Assembly (NCBI GenBank): GCA_043228905.1
Contig: JBHGNT010000001.1
Location: 4,092,001 to 4,156,000, forward strand
Direction of reading: 5' to 3'
DNA from: Azolla caroliniana
Taxonomy: Eukaryota; Plantae; Polypodiophyta
DNA: 64,000 bases
In this document: piece by piece, positions 45,521 through 57,915 of the stretch
Layout: each line of letters begins with the position of its first letter
Position numbering within the stretch: the stretch's first letter is position 1
Made by a program: the position numbers and the translations under genes
The notes under the pieces: model-generated
What the model saw: only the letters and a program-made list of their open reading frames with translations
Database searches by the model: none
Told to the model about the DNA's origin: nothing

Positions 45521-46277
45521 AATATGTCGCGTTGTTACGCGCGTGCGTGGAGAAAGGCGGGACCACGGGGGTCATGGACTAGAGAGTGATGGAGCATAGG
45601 AAGTCGTGCTTCACTGTTTCTGGGGCATCCCAGAGACACACCGGAAGCAACCGAAGAGAGAGAGAGAGAGAGAGAGAGAGCATGCTTAACACCGACTCAC
45701 GCACACGCACACGGACACTCGCACAACCCGACTCACGCCTTATGTATAGAAAACGCAGGAAAGGGTAAGCACCCGACGCCAACAACGACGTGAATATACA
45801 CAGACAAACGTATATATATATATATATGAAGGGAAGAATACATTCCCGGCGTCGAGCCAGACTGACGTAGGTTACAGTAGACGTCTGCTATCAAGCCGCC
45901 GTCGGGGAGCTCTCAGCTCGTCGCGCCGAGCGGGGTCTTGCACAGGAGGCCGAACCAAGCAACCCTAAGCGAAACACGCAGAAGGAGAAGAAGAAGAACC
46001 TAACTCTAAACCTAACGGTATACCCTCTAATGCAAAATGGGCAACCCTTTCACAAAGGGCGTTCCCTTCCTTTTATAGAACAAGGAAAGGGATGCGTTAC
46101 AATGTGGGACAAATCCCGCCTTACATGGGATCGTCTGCCCCGACTTGACTACTCTTCGGCACCATAAAGGCGCCCTCGATATTCACACTAAATGTACATG
46201 GGTGCATTCACACGCTGCACCCCGCCGATGTAGCCAATGTTCCCGGTTTCCGCCTCTGGCCGACATTCTTCACGACA

Positions 46278-47769
46278 ACGTTCCCATGCATTTGCCAAAA
46301 TTTCCTACCTATAATATTTGTGTGGGGTTCTTCCGGGCTGTCCGGACTATCGCGGCCCCATGCCTTGATAGCCCTCTCTAAAAATCCCCTTGGTTGTCGG
46401 CATCGAGGGTCTCACGGTTTCGCTCGTGGTTGGGTCGCACTGTCATGAATTGTATGGAATGCCGACCGTCTTGGCTCTTGACGCGCGCATACGCCGAACC
46501 ATTGTTCAATACTTTCGTCTCCATGCGTGCTGCCGTAATGTACGGTTCGCCGAGAATTACCGGGTGCGAGGAAGTCTCCTACACGAAGAAATGCTGATCT
46601 ATCTCAACGTCGCCGATCTTCACTTGTACGTTCGGGCACACACCATGCAACTCCTTTGTAGCGTGCATCGCCGCGCGTATCTTCCACCCCTGCTGGGTGT
46701 TGAATGACCATTTCCCCTTTTTATAGAAGTCCATGGACATTAGGTTGATCTCCGAGCTGTGGTCTACCAATGCCACCACCGGCTCCTGGATGTCGCCGAT
46801 TCGAACAGGGGTTTCCGTAGTGGCCCTGGCCCAATGCGGCTTCGCGTAGTGGCTTTCCGCCAACTCATCCTCTAGGGCCGTGTCTTCTAAGTGCGTTGTC
46901 CGCACTTCCACCGGCCTCTCCGGTTCTAGCTCCGTCGAGAGCCTCTTCCGCTTCACCAAGTGCACGATGGAGTCGTGGAACTCCTTCTTGGCGATTCCCA
47001 ACATCTCCCGTAACGATAGCACAACCTTGTTGTCGAGAATTCTCTCTTCCAGGACCTTCCACAGGTCCGTTGTTCGTTCGATTTTGGTGCTCAGCCGGAA
47101 GCCGACCTCCTTCTTCTCCGGCACGCCGTCGTTGGCAGTCCGAACCGGGTTTCGTAGCGCTGCGAGGGCCCGCCCCCTCCGGTCTTTCCCGCGTGCTTGT
47201 CTTCTACTAGAACCTCGTAGTTTTGGCATGCGGCTGCCACAAAGCCAGTCTTTTCTTCCACCGGGTCGTCCCATCCGGTGACCTCCCGGATCCGTTGTTC
47301 CGCGTGGTCTGCCTCTTCCTTCTTCAGTCATACTCCGGAGAGACCCTCTAGCACTAGCGGCCAGAATCCAGAGTCCTTCGCTTTCCGGGCCTCATCACCC
47401 TCGACCCGGATTCCCGCCGACGCCGAGTAGTTAACGGCCTCCGCCTCTTCCATCAACCGCTTCATTCTATCACGCCCCGTATTCAACTCTAGGGCTTTCT
47501 AGTTCTCGCTCGCGTGCACTCGCCCATTCTAGAGGTACACCACGTTGGTCCCAAGCGCCTCGGCGAAATCCGGGCATTCTTTTCGGATGTGACCGATCAC
47601 GTCGCACCACTTGCATCGCTGCCCTGCCGGCGACCTTCGGTCATGAGACTATTCGCCGCTATCCCTCTGGGCTTGTGCGATTTGGAGATCTTGCACCATC
47701 CGCGACAGCTCTTCAAGAGCCGCGCCTCCGAAGGGACCTTTGACCACTCCGCTCTTCAAGAGGTGCCGG
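46278..47769 (-). pseudogene. Decayed gag C-terminus, zinc knuckle and protease of an autonomous family-W-type Gypsy element (continues 57656-57789)
   Basis: CKWCDVIGHIRKEC knuckle and VVALVDHSSEINLM protease motif. Joining 57656-57789 to 47765 through one CCGG gives in-frame ...SSAARPAPLEE... Confidence 0.75.
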
Positions 47770-48683
47770 AACGGAAAGGTGAGCGTGAACATGGGTTGCG
47801 CGGTTCGGAGGGAGCGCGTGAAAGGTCAGAGGAGGATCCTCCACACCGTTCCGGAGACCATGGCGGTTTGAGCCGACGTGGCGACGTAAGACCAGGGAGA
47901 AGGAAGGTGGCGGCAAGAGGACGAAGGCAACGCGAAACATCATGGGATGGCAATCAGGACAACACGAATGATCGACGGAGGCCAAGCGGGCCACTACGGG
48001 CATTCCTCAAGCGGAGGACATCGGGCATACGGCGGAGAGCGGGGCGTGCATACGACCGAACAAGGGCTAGAGAAAATACGTGTAGTACGGAGATCACGGC
48101 GAAGGACCCATCGACGGGTCGAATGAGCCTACGGGGAGGAAAGCGCGAAGGAAGAACCGAAGCCGACGGTTCAAACTGGCAACGAGCTGAGATGCGGATT
48201 ACGGAAGACCGGTTTCTCAACGGCCGAAATCTCTCACCGTTCACTAGATTTGGCATGTACCGGTGGACGTGCGGTTAGGTGGGAGCGGATGTCGTGAAGA
48301 ATTTTGGCCAAAGGCGGAAACCGGAAAATATTGGTTACATCGGTGGGGTGCACCATGTGCACTCACCCTCGTATAATTGTGTGAATAATAGGAGTTAAGT
48401 CGGGACGAAGAATCCCATGTAAATCGGGATTTATCCAACATTGTAATGCATCCCTCTCCTTGTTCTATAAAAGGAAGGGATGGTCCCTTGTAGAGGGTTG
48501 CCCATTTTGTGTTAGAGGGTATACCGTTAGATTTAGGGTTAGTTTCTTCTTCTTCTTCTTTGCGGGGAGGTCGATGGTTGAGGGTTGTTTCTGCTCGGTC
48601 TCCTATGCAAGACCCCGCTTTGCGTGACAAGCCTGAGAGCTCCCTGAACGACGGCTTGGCAGCAGACTGCTGTTGTAACCTAC

Positions 48684-51600
48684 TGTTGAGAGACAAGCTC
48701 AACATCGGCCAGATCAGCTGAAGAAGCCGAGGACCGGATCGGCTGGGACCGATCGGTTAGGCCGAGTGCGTAAACCGGGAGGTCGTTAGGAAAGATATTC
48801 CGTAAGGAATATATTTGGGAGTTAGTGTAGGAGCTCTTAATGAGCATTGAAGTACTGTCAGTACTTCAGTCAGTCCTTCCAGGACTTGTATAAAAGTATT
48901 CAGTGAGCACGTCTTATGTACAGACTGAGTATTATTGTTGAATATAGTTTTTTCTGTGTTTCTCTCTCTGTCTCTCCCGTGTATACCGTGTGAGCCGAAG
49001 CTCTTCATTGAACCTTAGTTTCCTTCCTTTGTTCTGTCTTCATACCTGCTTCCGCACACTATTCTTTTCATGGTATCAGAGCGCGAGGGTTGAGAACCTC
49101 TCTACAGCCGACACATCTTGACGAAGAAGAACAAGAAGAACGATGGATAGAGGCATGGCAAGCTCGCTTCCAACAGAAAAGCTCGACAGAACCAACTACG
49201 CGTCTTGGTCCTACAAGATGCACCAGTACCTGCTCGGGCATGGCTACTGGAGTTATGTCGAAGGAGCTAATGATGTGGCACCCGAATCGACACACAGAGA
49301 CTTCCCGTTGTGGGAGCAATCGGCGAGCAGGGTGTTGTACTGCTTCGTGTCGTGTGTGGGCGAACAACTATTAAGCTATGTTCGGGATGCAAAGACGCCG
49401 AAGGGTGCGTGGGAAAATCTGAAAAAGATTTTCGCCGCGAGCACCACAGCCAGGAAGCTTCAGCTCCGACAAGAGTTGAGCAACCTACGACAACGCGATT
49501 TGTCGGTGGCGGACTATACCTCGAAGATCAAGGATATCTGCGACTCCCTCGCCTCTATAGAGGTGAACATCGAGGAGAGCGAGATGGTCCAGATCTGTCT
49601 CGGAGGTTTGGCGTCGAAGTTCGGAGCGTTCCGAACGGCTGTGTGTACCCGGGAGAATACGCCGTCCTTTTTCGACTTACAGTCGATGCTCATGGTAGAG
49701 GAGAACCACGCGGGCGCGTCTACAAGCACGCACGCCGACAACAGAATGTTGTACACGGAGGGAGATAGGCCTCGTGGACGTGGAGGACGAGGCGAGTCGG
49801 GGCGTAATGAAGGCGGCCGACGAGATCAAGGAAGAAGGCACCGAAGTGATGCCGACAGCAACTCCGGACCCTCCGGAAACAGGGGGAGTCGAAGCTATGA
49901 GAACCGGCAAGGGAAGTCCATCGCGGAGTGCTGGTATTGTGGCAAGAAAGGCCACAGGGAAAGTGAGTGCTGGAAGAAGCGCGCCGATTCGGAGAGAACT
50001 GGCTCTGGAAACGGCTCCGGACATACCCACAAGGGAAATTGGCAGCGATCGCACTACGCCAAAGACTCCGGGAGAGCTGGAGAAGGGTCTGTCTTTGTGA
50101 CGAGACACGAAGCAAACTCAATGAAACAGAGCACCCCGAGATCGGACGAGGTGTGGTACGTAGACTCCGGTGCGTCAAACCACATGACGAGCCATAAGGA
50201 GTGGTTCTCGTACCTTGAAAAACCGATACAACTTGGAGTAGTCGCAACAGGAGACGACACTCCGCATCCGATCGCGAATGTCGGAGAAGTTCCCCTTAGC
50301 CATGTCGGGCAGAAAGGGAAACTCATGAACGTGCTGCACGTTCCGACAATCACGAAAAACTTGGTCTCGGTCGGACAGATTGTCGGCCAAGGGATGGAGG
50401 TTCGGTTTACACACCTAGGGTGCTTCATTGAGGAAGAAGGCCGTGTGATTGCGCAAGGGCGCAGAGACGGGAGGATGTTCATCCTCGACTCCACTGACGG
50501 CGGCACCGCAATGTTCGCGAAGGGACAAAAGACCGAGTCGTACATCGACTTGTGGCACAAGCGGATAGGCCACGTCAACTACCAGCGGCTTCAAGATCTG
50601 CAATCGAAACAGGTAGTGTTCGGATTGCCCAAATTTAGTGGCCGAAGGGCACAAATTTGTGAAGCCTACCAGCTCGGGAAGCAACACCGACTTCCTTTCC
50701 CCAACGAGCTAAATCGGAGCCGGAATAAGCTCGACCTTATACACTCCGATGTATGGGGGCCGGCACAAAACGTTAGTCTTGGCGGGAGCCGATATTTCGT
50801 CTCCTTCATTGACGACCACATGTGGCACACGTGGATCTACCTCATTGAGAGGAAGAGCGAAGTCTTCGACTGTTTCCGGAACCTCAAAGGGTTCGTGGAA
50901 ACGGAAACGGGACGAAAGATCAAGTGCCTGCGGTCGGATGGCGGGAAAGAGTACTTTTCCGGTCAATTCAACGATTATCTACAACAAATGGGAATTCGGC
51001 GCAAATTCAGTTGTAGATACACGCCGGAGCAGAACGGCGTGGCCGAGAGGAAGAATCGGTCAGTCGTGGAAGTGGCACGGGCAATGCTGGATGAGAAGAG
51101 CTTGCCCAAGTTCTACTGGGCCGAGGCGGTAAGGACCGCGGTATACATCCAGAACCGGATCGGAGACAAAGTGTCGGCGCACGAGCTATATTTCGGAACG
51201 AAGCCGAACTTGCGACACTTGAGGGTGTTCGGTAGCATTGCGTATGTGCATGTACCGAAGGAGAAAAGGAGGAAGCTGGACGCAAAGGCCGAGAAGTGCA
51301 TCTTGGTCGGTTACTCGGAGGAGCAGAAGGGTTATAAATGCTATAACCCTCGCACCAAACAAGCGCGTGTCAGCCGCGACGTTGTGTTTGACGAGTCTGC
51401 AACTTGGTACCTGCCCCCGACTCCAATCCGATCTCTGACGATGAGGTCAGCGAGGCCGAGATGCCTCCGGATGAGCCCGAAATCGAGACCCGCGAAGAGA
51501 GTCCGATTTCACTCCGGTTAAGTGGACCGATTGGACGACTGAGTCGGTATGACCAGTCCGACAAAGAGCCGACGAGTAGTGGAGACTCGGCCGTGCATTC

Positions 51601-53801
51601 CCCGCGCAGGAAGCCGAGGAGACGACTTACGTGCAAAGAGAAAGGGAAGAAGAAGGTGTCGGATTCCGGCACGGAAAGGAACGAGTCAGACCGACGCGAG
51701 TCCGACTCCGAGGGAACCGGTGACGGGTCTTTAAAGGTGAAGACCGCGTCAACCGAGAAGGCCTCGACATCGGCTAATGGGAGATTACGCCGATCTACCC
51801 GCCAAAAGAACCCAGTTGTGTGGTTCGGATACAACGAGTACATGGCGCATCATTATGCGTACATGACCCGTGTAGCGGAAGTACGTGAGCCGGAGAGCTA
51901 CGCAGAAGCGGCTAAAGACGCGAATTGGCGTGCCGCGATGGAGGAAGAGATGCACGCATTAGCGGAGAACGAGACCTGGGAGCTGGTTGAAGCACCGAAG
52001 GGTGCGAAGCCGATCGGGTGTAGATGGGTGTACAAAGTCAAGTACAACACCGATGGCTCGGTCAACAAGTACAAGGCTCGGCTAGTGGCAAAGGGCTACG
52101 CGCAGAAGCAGGACATCGACTACGATGAGACGTTTGCGCCGGTCGCGAAGATGACGACCGTCCGTGTTTTGCTCACGGTAGCCGCGGCCAAGGGGTGGCA
52201 CCTACATCAAATGGATGTAAAGAATGTGTTCCTGCAAGGTGACCTTGAGGAACAAGTGTACATGGTACAACCCCCCGGATTTCACTCTGGAATGAACTCC
52301 TCGGCAGTATGCCGACTGAAGAAGTCCCTTTACGGACTGAAGCAAGCCCCGCGTGCCTGGAACGCGAAGATCACGCAACAACTGCGTCGGATGGGCTTCG
52401 TCACGTCAAAATCAGACTCTTCCCTGTTCATCCGGAAAGGTCGACTCAGACCGGTTAGTAATTTACTCTATGTTGATGACTTGGTCATCACCGGCGCCGA
52501 CCTAGGTGAAATCGACCACGTGAAGCTCCTGCTTGCGGCATCGTTCGACATGAAGGATCTAGGGGACCTTCATTACTTCCTTGGGATCGAAGTAATCCGT
52601 ACCCCCGAAGGCATATTGATCAGCCAACGTCACTACGTGCTGAGTATGCTCTTCAAATTCGGGATGGCCGACTGTAAGACCGTCTCGACTCCTCTAGACA
52701 GAACTGTCAAGCTTCGTCCCAATACGGGAAAGGTATGCGACCCGACGAGGTTCCGACAAATTGTCGGAAGCCTCATATACTTGACCATCACCCGACCCGA
52801 CCTCAGTTACCCGGTCGGGTGATCAGTCAGTTCATGGCGCGACCTACCGAGGAGCACCTTCAATGTATGCAACGCATACTTCGGTATGTCAACGACACTA
52901 AGGACCGTGGACTGCTATATCGGACCGGTGCAGCCGCGCAGTTAGTCGGCTACACCGATGCTGATTGGGCTGGCAATGCCGCCGATCGCCGATCCACGAC
53001 TGGATACGCGTTCTCCCTCGGGAGTGCCGCAATAGCGTGGAGCAGTAAGAAGCAGCCGACAGTTGCACTGTCGAGCACCGAAGCGGAGTACCGAGGAGCG
53101 GCTGTCGCGACATGCGAAGCCATATGGTTGAAGCGGCTACTTAAGGACCTGCAAGAGGAAATGTCAGATCCGACGACGATCTACTGCGACAACCTCAACA
53201 GCATCCAACTCGCGAAGAACCCCGTCTTCCATGCACGGACCAAGCACATTGAGGTGCACTACCATTTTGTCCGTGAGCATGTCCTTTCAGGTGAAATCGA
53301 ACTTCAGTATGTTCCGACGGATCGGCAGACTGCCGACATCTTCACCAAGCCTCTTGGTCTGGACAAGTTGCGACAATTCTTAGGTGCGCTCGGATTGCGT
53401 CCCCTTGACATGCCGAACTTGAGGGGGAGAACAGTCCCGAACGACCGAGCAAGGCAGCAGGAAAGGAGTGGAGACCGCGACACCGAGTCAGTTGACAAGT
53501 TCGACTTCGGATCGGCTGAAGAAGCCGAGGGCGGACCCGGGGAAAAGTTCGGAAGCGAACAGAAGGGGAGCAACCGAAGGAGAGAGCCGAAGCCAACCAC
53601 GCATGGGGAAGATGACGCCATCGAGGGCGAGAAGACCGAAGACGAGTTGGAGACAGCCAACTCGGACGAGAGCCAAAACCGATCAGAGGTAGCCGAGTCG
53701 GTTCGGATGTTTGATTCAGACACGCTGAATCAACCGAGGTCCAAGCGGAAGAAAAGGCAGCAGGAGAAGCATCAACACCGCAAAAGCAGAAGAGCTGATA
53801 A
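48684..53801 (+). mobile_element. Ty1/Copia element, family B copy 2 (diverged subfamily), 3' end deleted
   Basis: 5' LTR 48684-49070 (tgttgag...ttttca); PBS tggtatcagagc at 49071. No final PPT or 3' LTR is seen; the sequence joins the host LTR through filler DNA at ~53802. Confidence 0.88.
49143..53801 (+). pseudogene. Copia-B2 gag-pol with frameshifts (~51420, ~52820) and a post-RNase H extension
   Basis: ORFs 49143-51521, 51404-52822 and 52735-53862 are collinear with the Copia-B1 protein. Confidence 0.88.
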
Positions 53802-54714
53802 GGGAATGTATTCTTCCCCATGGTCCGGCTCGAAGCCGGGAATGTATTCTTCCCCTTTGTAATGTACATACTAGTATCCGTCAGTGCATACTCGTGTCTC
53901 TGTTTGTGTGGGTGTTTTGGTGTTCCCTTCCCTGCGTTGCCTGTACATAAGGGCGTGAGTTGGGTCGGCGCAGTGTGTGTGTGTGTGTGTGTGTGACTCG
54001 GCGTCAAGGGCGCGCTCCCTCTCTTTCTCCCTCCCTTTCTCCCTCTCTTTCTCTCTCTCTCTCTCTCTCTCGTTCGGTTGCTTCTGGAACGCGTCTGGAA
54101 TCGTCTTCTCGGCTTCCCTTTTTCCCTCGTCTGAGACACCTGTGGTCCCGCCCTTCTACACGTTGTCCATTCGCAACTCTTTGCCTTCGTCCCCTCGCTG
54201 CCACTGATCATCACTCTAGGCCGACCGCCGGCTCCTGGGCCGACCGTTGGAGTCTCTAGAACCGGTGTGAAGGATCCTCCTCGGGCTCGTCGTATCTCTG
54301 ACCCTTATCCTGGGTCTTCCTTCTTTCGCAAGCCGAGAGGGTGGCTCGCTCCACACCCTCTCCCGTGCTACTGACGTATGGTGTCCATGGCCTCTTCGTA
54401 GGCCTCCTCTTCCTCCCTCTCGGAATGGTTATCCGGAAGCCCGCTCCGCCCGGTTCTCGTCCGTCATTCTCTGGATTGCCGGGTCCCGTTCTCTTGTCGC
54501 CACCGATCTCTCTTATAGGACTCACGCCGGCACTCGGGCCGACAGCCGGATCAACGTAAGGATCTCCGTAGGACCGGTCTTCGTTCTCCTCTTCCTCCTT
54601 TGTACTTCTCCCTAACTTGTCGTTGCTCTCCTCGCGTACCCGCCTCCATCTCTCATCTCTCTAGGTCCCACACCGGCGCTCGTTGCCGGCTGCCTGAGTC
54701 TCTAGATGAGACGT

Positions 54715-55400
54715 TGTCGTGAAGATTTTCATCCACAAGCGGAAACCCGAGCAACGAGAGCCAAAGAGCGATGTGCAACGTTGCACACATACATAATGTA
54801 TTTGTAATAGTAATAAAGGTATAAAGGTGATGTGGTTGTACGCACATCCACGCGAGAGAGAGAGAGAGAGAGGTACTATGCGGTACATAGGTACCTAGTC
54901 ATTTGTGAGGAGGTGGGAGTTAAGGGGCCATCAATCTCACCCTCCCCCAAATCAAGGCAAATATCCCCTTTGAATGAAAGGGGATATTTTAGTCTCACTT
55001 TTGTAAACGGTCTTCCCTCCTTGTGCTATAAAAGGAGAGAGAAGGCACCATTGTGGGGGTTACCTATTTTGAGTGTGCAAGGTATACCACATAGGTCGAG
55101 CGTTAGGGTTCGGTTAGGGTTTTCTTCTTGGGTTTTCCTTTAGGGTTTTCTTATAGTCGTTTGGTGCGGCCATGGCGGCCACCATTGTAAAGCGTTTATG
55201 TTTTCTTAATCGAACTTCTTGTTGAGTATCTTGACTCCATCTTCTTCATCTTCTTCTATCATAATGTCATATTCATTCTCTTCTCCTCTTGAGCTATGAG
55301 CTAATCTTCCATTCGTTGTCTTAACCTTTCTCCTCTTCTCCCTAGTCCAAGACCCCTGTGGTCCCGCCCCTTCCACACGCACGCGCGTAACAACGCGACA
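54715..55400 (+). mobile_element. Family-W solo LTR with perfect 4-bp TSD ACGT
   Basis: tgtcgtgaagatttt...gtaacaacgcgaca; ACGT at 54711-54714 and 55401-55404. Confidence 0.88.
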
Positions 55401-55673
55401 ACGTGGTGTTTCCGTCCCGTAATGATTTGCGGACGCTTGTTCGGGGTACCACTCCCAAGCATGTTCGGTGAGAAGCATCTGGTTTGTGATCAACCAAGCC
55501 CCGCCTAGGCTTGGTTCTCCAATGTCCGGAGTTTCGGCTTTGATGCCGACCTCTCCGGACTCGTTCTGAACCCTTGATCACTTCCCTTCCAATTCCCGAC
55601 CTTTGCCCGGTCGGTCTTTTTCCCCATGTAAAAGAGGGCGGCTCGTCCTGCACCCTCTCCCGTATCGACATCT

Positions 55674-56814
55674 TCATGCTGAATCCAGCCCCGATCGAAC
55701 GATCCACGACCGGATTACGCTCCATCCGAATCGGAATGCCGATCTTCCCGTGCCGCCTCCGTCCTCGGCCGTTTCCCATCCCTCTTCGCTGGCATCGTGC
55801 CAGGACTCCTTGTCGATGCCTTCCTTCTCTCCGGTCTCATGTCGGCACACGGGCACGACCGCCGGAGTCTCCGGAATTCGCGTGGAGGGCTCTTCTTCGC
55901 TCCCGACCTTGTCCTCGGTCGGCAATTCTCTACAAGTCGAGAGGGCGTTTTGTTCCGCACCCTCTCCCGTGGTACCATGGTACCGATCTTCCGCCATCTC
56001 GTGGGGCAAGACCGTCTCCTCGGTCGCAGCTTGAGGCCTCGATCTTTCGTCTTCCTCGAGCATCGCCTTGAGAGCTACGTACGCCTCCGCAATCCTAGCC
56101 CCAACGCCAACCCTTGCCAACTCCCTTTGCCGTTCGGCCTCTTCCCGCTGTGATGGCACGCCGTCGCGCGCCGTCGCGCGCCTTCCTCTTAGCCTTCTCG
56201 GCTCGCTCATCGTCTAGCCGTCGACACACCCTTCCGACCTTCGACCAGTCCTCTATAAGCCCATTCGCTCCTTCATCGTCTTCGAGCTCCATCCCGATGG
56301 CCTCCCGTTCCGCTCGGTCGATCGACCTAACAAACAATAGGACTTTGTCTGCCCCGACCAAACCTTGTTCCCGCTCCGGGAGCTGAGCAAGCCGTCGCTC
56401 GAACTCTCAGAACGCCTTCGTCGCGCCCCGATGGGTCTTTGCTGATGCTACCCACTGGTCGAAGTCGTGTCGTCCCCGGCTCTTCCGCCATCCTCCATAT
56501 GCCTGCAGGAGCTCCTCTTCAAAGGCCTCCCACGAACTATGAGCTTGTTGGAGCTCCTTCACTTCCGCGTGCATACGGACGGCGACAGCCCGACAGAAGA
56601 ACTCCAGCCTCAACGCTTCATCCACGTCTCGCTCCTCCATTTCCGCATTGTAGGCTTCCAAGTAAGATGGGACTTTGTCCCCGTTGAAATGGCCGACTCT
56701 TTCGACCACTCGCTCAACCGCTTGTTGCGCTGCTTCTCGCCTCATCACCACTCGTGCCGACTCCAACACCAGTTCGGCCATCATTGCCGCGAGGTCGTCG
56801 TCTTCCAACTCCAT
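55674..56814 (-). pseudogene. gag: Gag-like ORF of family-W copy 2, broken by a stop (CGA>TGA at 56407-56409) and a frameshift
   Basis: MELEDDDLAAMMAELVLESARVVMRRE... is homologous to 44549-45487. It retains the VRSIDRAEREAIGMELEDDEGANGLIEDW segment missing in copy 1. Confidence 0.7.
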
Positions 56815-57797
56815 CCTCCCTTGCCGCCCTTCACGTCGCGTTCACCAAAGATGTAGCGTTATTACACGCGTGCGTGTAGAAGGGCGGGACCACGGGGGTC
56901 TCGGACTAGGGAAGAAAGGAGAACAAGAAGACGATTCCGGGCGCGTTCCGGAAGCAACCGAACGGGAGAGAGAAAGAGAGAGAGAGCGCGCTTGACACCG
57001 ACTCACACCCACACACACAAACACCACGCCGACCCAACTCACGCCCTTATGTACAGAAGCAGAGGTAAGAGAACACCAAAAACACCCACACAAACACCAG
57101 ACCCCAACAGAGACATGAATATGCATAGACAGACGCAAATGTATATATATAAAGGGAGGAATACATTCCCGGCTTCGAGACGGACCAAGGTAGGTTACAA
57201 CAATCGTTTGCTGCCAAGCCGCCAGTCGGGGGGGGAGCTCACGGGCTTGTCGCGCCGAGCGGGGTCTTGTGGAGGAGACGAGGTGACACAAACCCTAACG
57301 AACACAAAGGGGGGGGGGGCGGGGAAGAAGAAGAAGAGGAAGAAGAAATGTAGTTAACCCTTAAACTAACGGTATACCCTCTAACGCAAAATGGGCAACC
57401 CTTCTACAAGGGACCATCCCTTCCTTTTATAGAACAAGGAGAGGGATGCGTTACAATGTGGGATAAATCCCGATTTACATGAGATTCTTTGTCCCGACTT
57501 GACTACTCTTCGGCGCCATAAGGCGCTCTCGTTATTCACACTAAATGTACAAGGGTGATCACACATGCTGCACCCCGTCGATATAGCCAACATTTCCCAG
57601 TTTCCGTCTCTAGCCAAAATTCTTCACGACAACGCACGCGCGTAACAACGCGACACCGGCCTTGCCGCCGATGAGTCCTCGTCGCTCTACTCTTGCCACT
57701 TGTCGAAACAACCGTAGACCCTCCTTACCATGGCCCAGTCTGCCGTGAGCCCTTCATCTGTTTCCAACAGGAGACACACCTTCTCCCGGTGTCGCGT

Positions 57798-57870
57798 TGT
57801 CGCGTTGTTACGCGCGTGCGTGGAGAACAAGGCAGGACCACTAGGGTCTTGGACCGAGGAATAGGTGGGG

Positions 57871-57915
<45 letters not shown>

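Larger units (their letters stand above)
18976..46277 (-). mobile_element. Family-W non-autonomous gag-only LTR retrotransposon (TR-GAG-like). 3' LTR 18976-19738, 5' LTR 45525-46277; internal 19739-20008 + 31132-32748 + 44176-45524; host of two nested insertions
   Basis: Two highly similar ~755-bp LTRs with TG...CA ends. PPT (rc tccgcccccacc) at 19739, PBS at 45503-45520. After removing the nested elements only ~3.2 kb remains, with a gag-like ORF and no PR/RT/RH/INT. Flanks GCGT / ACGT. Confidence 0.85.
54164..57631 (-). mobile_element. Family-W gag-only element copy 2. 5' LTR 56852-57631; 3' LTR deleted except TGTC; inserted ~20 bp from the end of another family-W LTR
   Basis: PBS at 56830-56847; gag ORFs 56814-56407 and 56361-55674; internal region collinear with 44176-45524 and 32300-32748. 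Flanks ACGT / ACGC. Confidence 0.8.
47770..57655 (+). mobile_element. Family-W element, 5'-truncated; 3' LTR split as 48290-48683 + ~53820-54163 + 57636-57655
   Basis: 47770-48289 resembles the reverse complement of 19739-20008/31132-31350. PPT gttaggtgggagcgga, then TGTCGTGAAG. LTR ends ...gtaacaacgcgaca at 57655. Flanks CCGG / CCGG. Confidence 0.75.
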
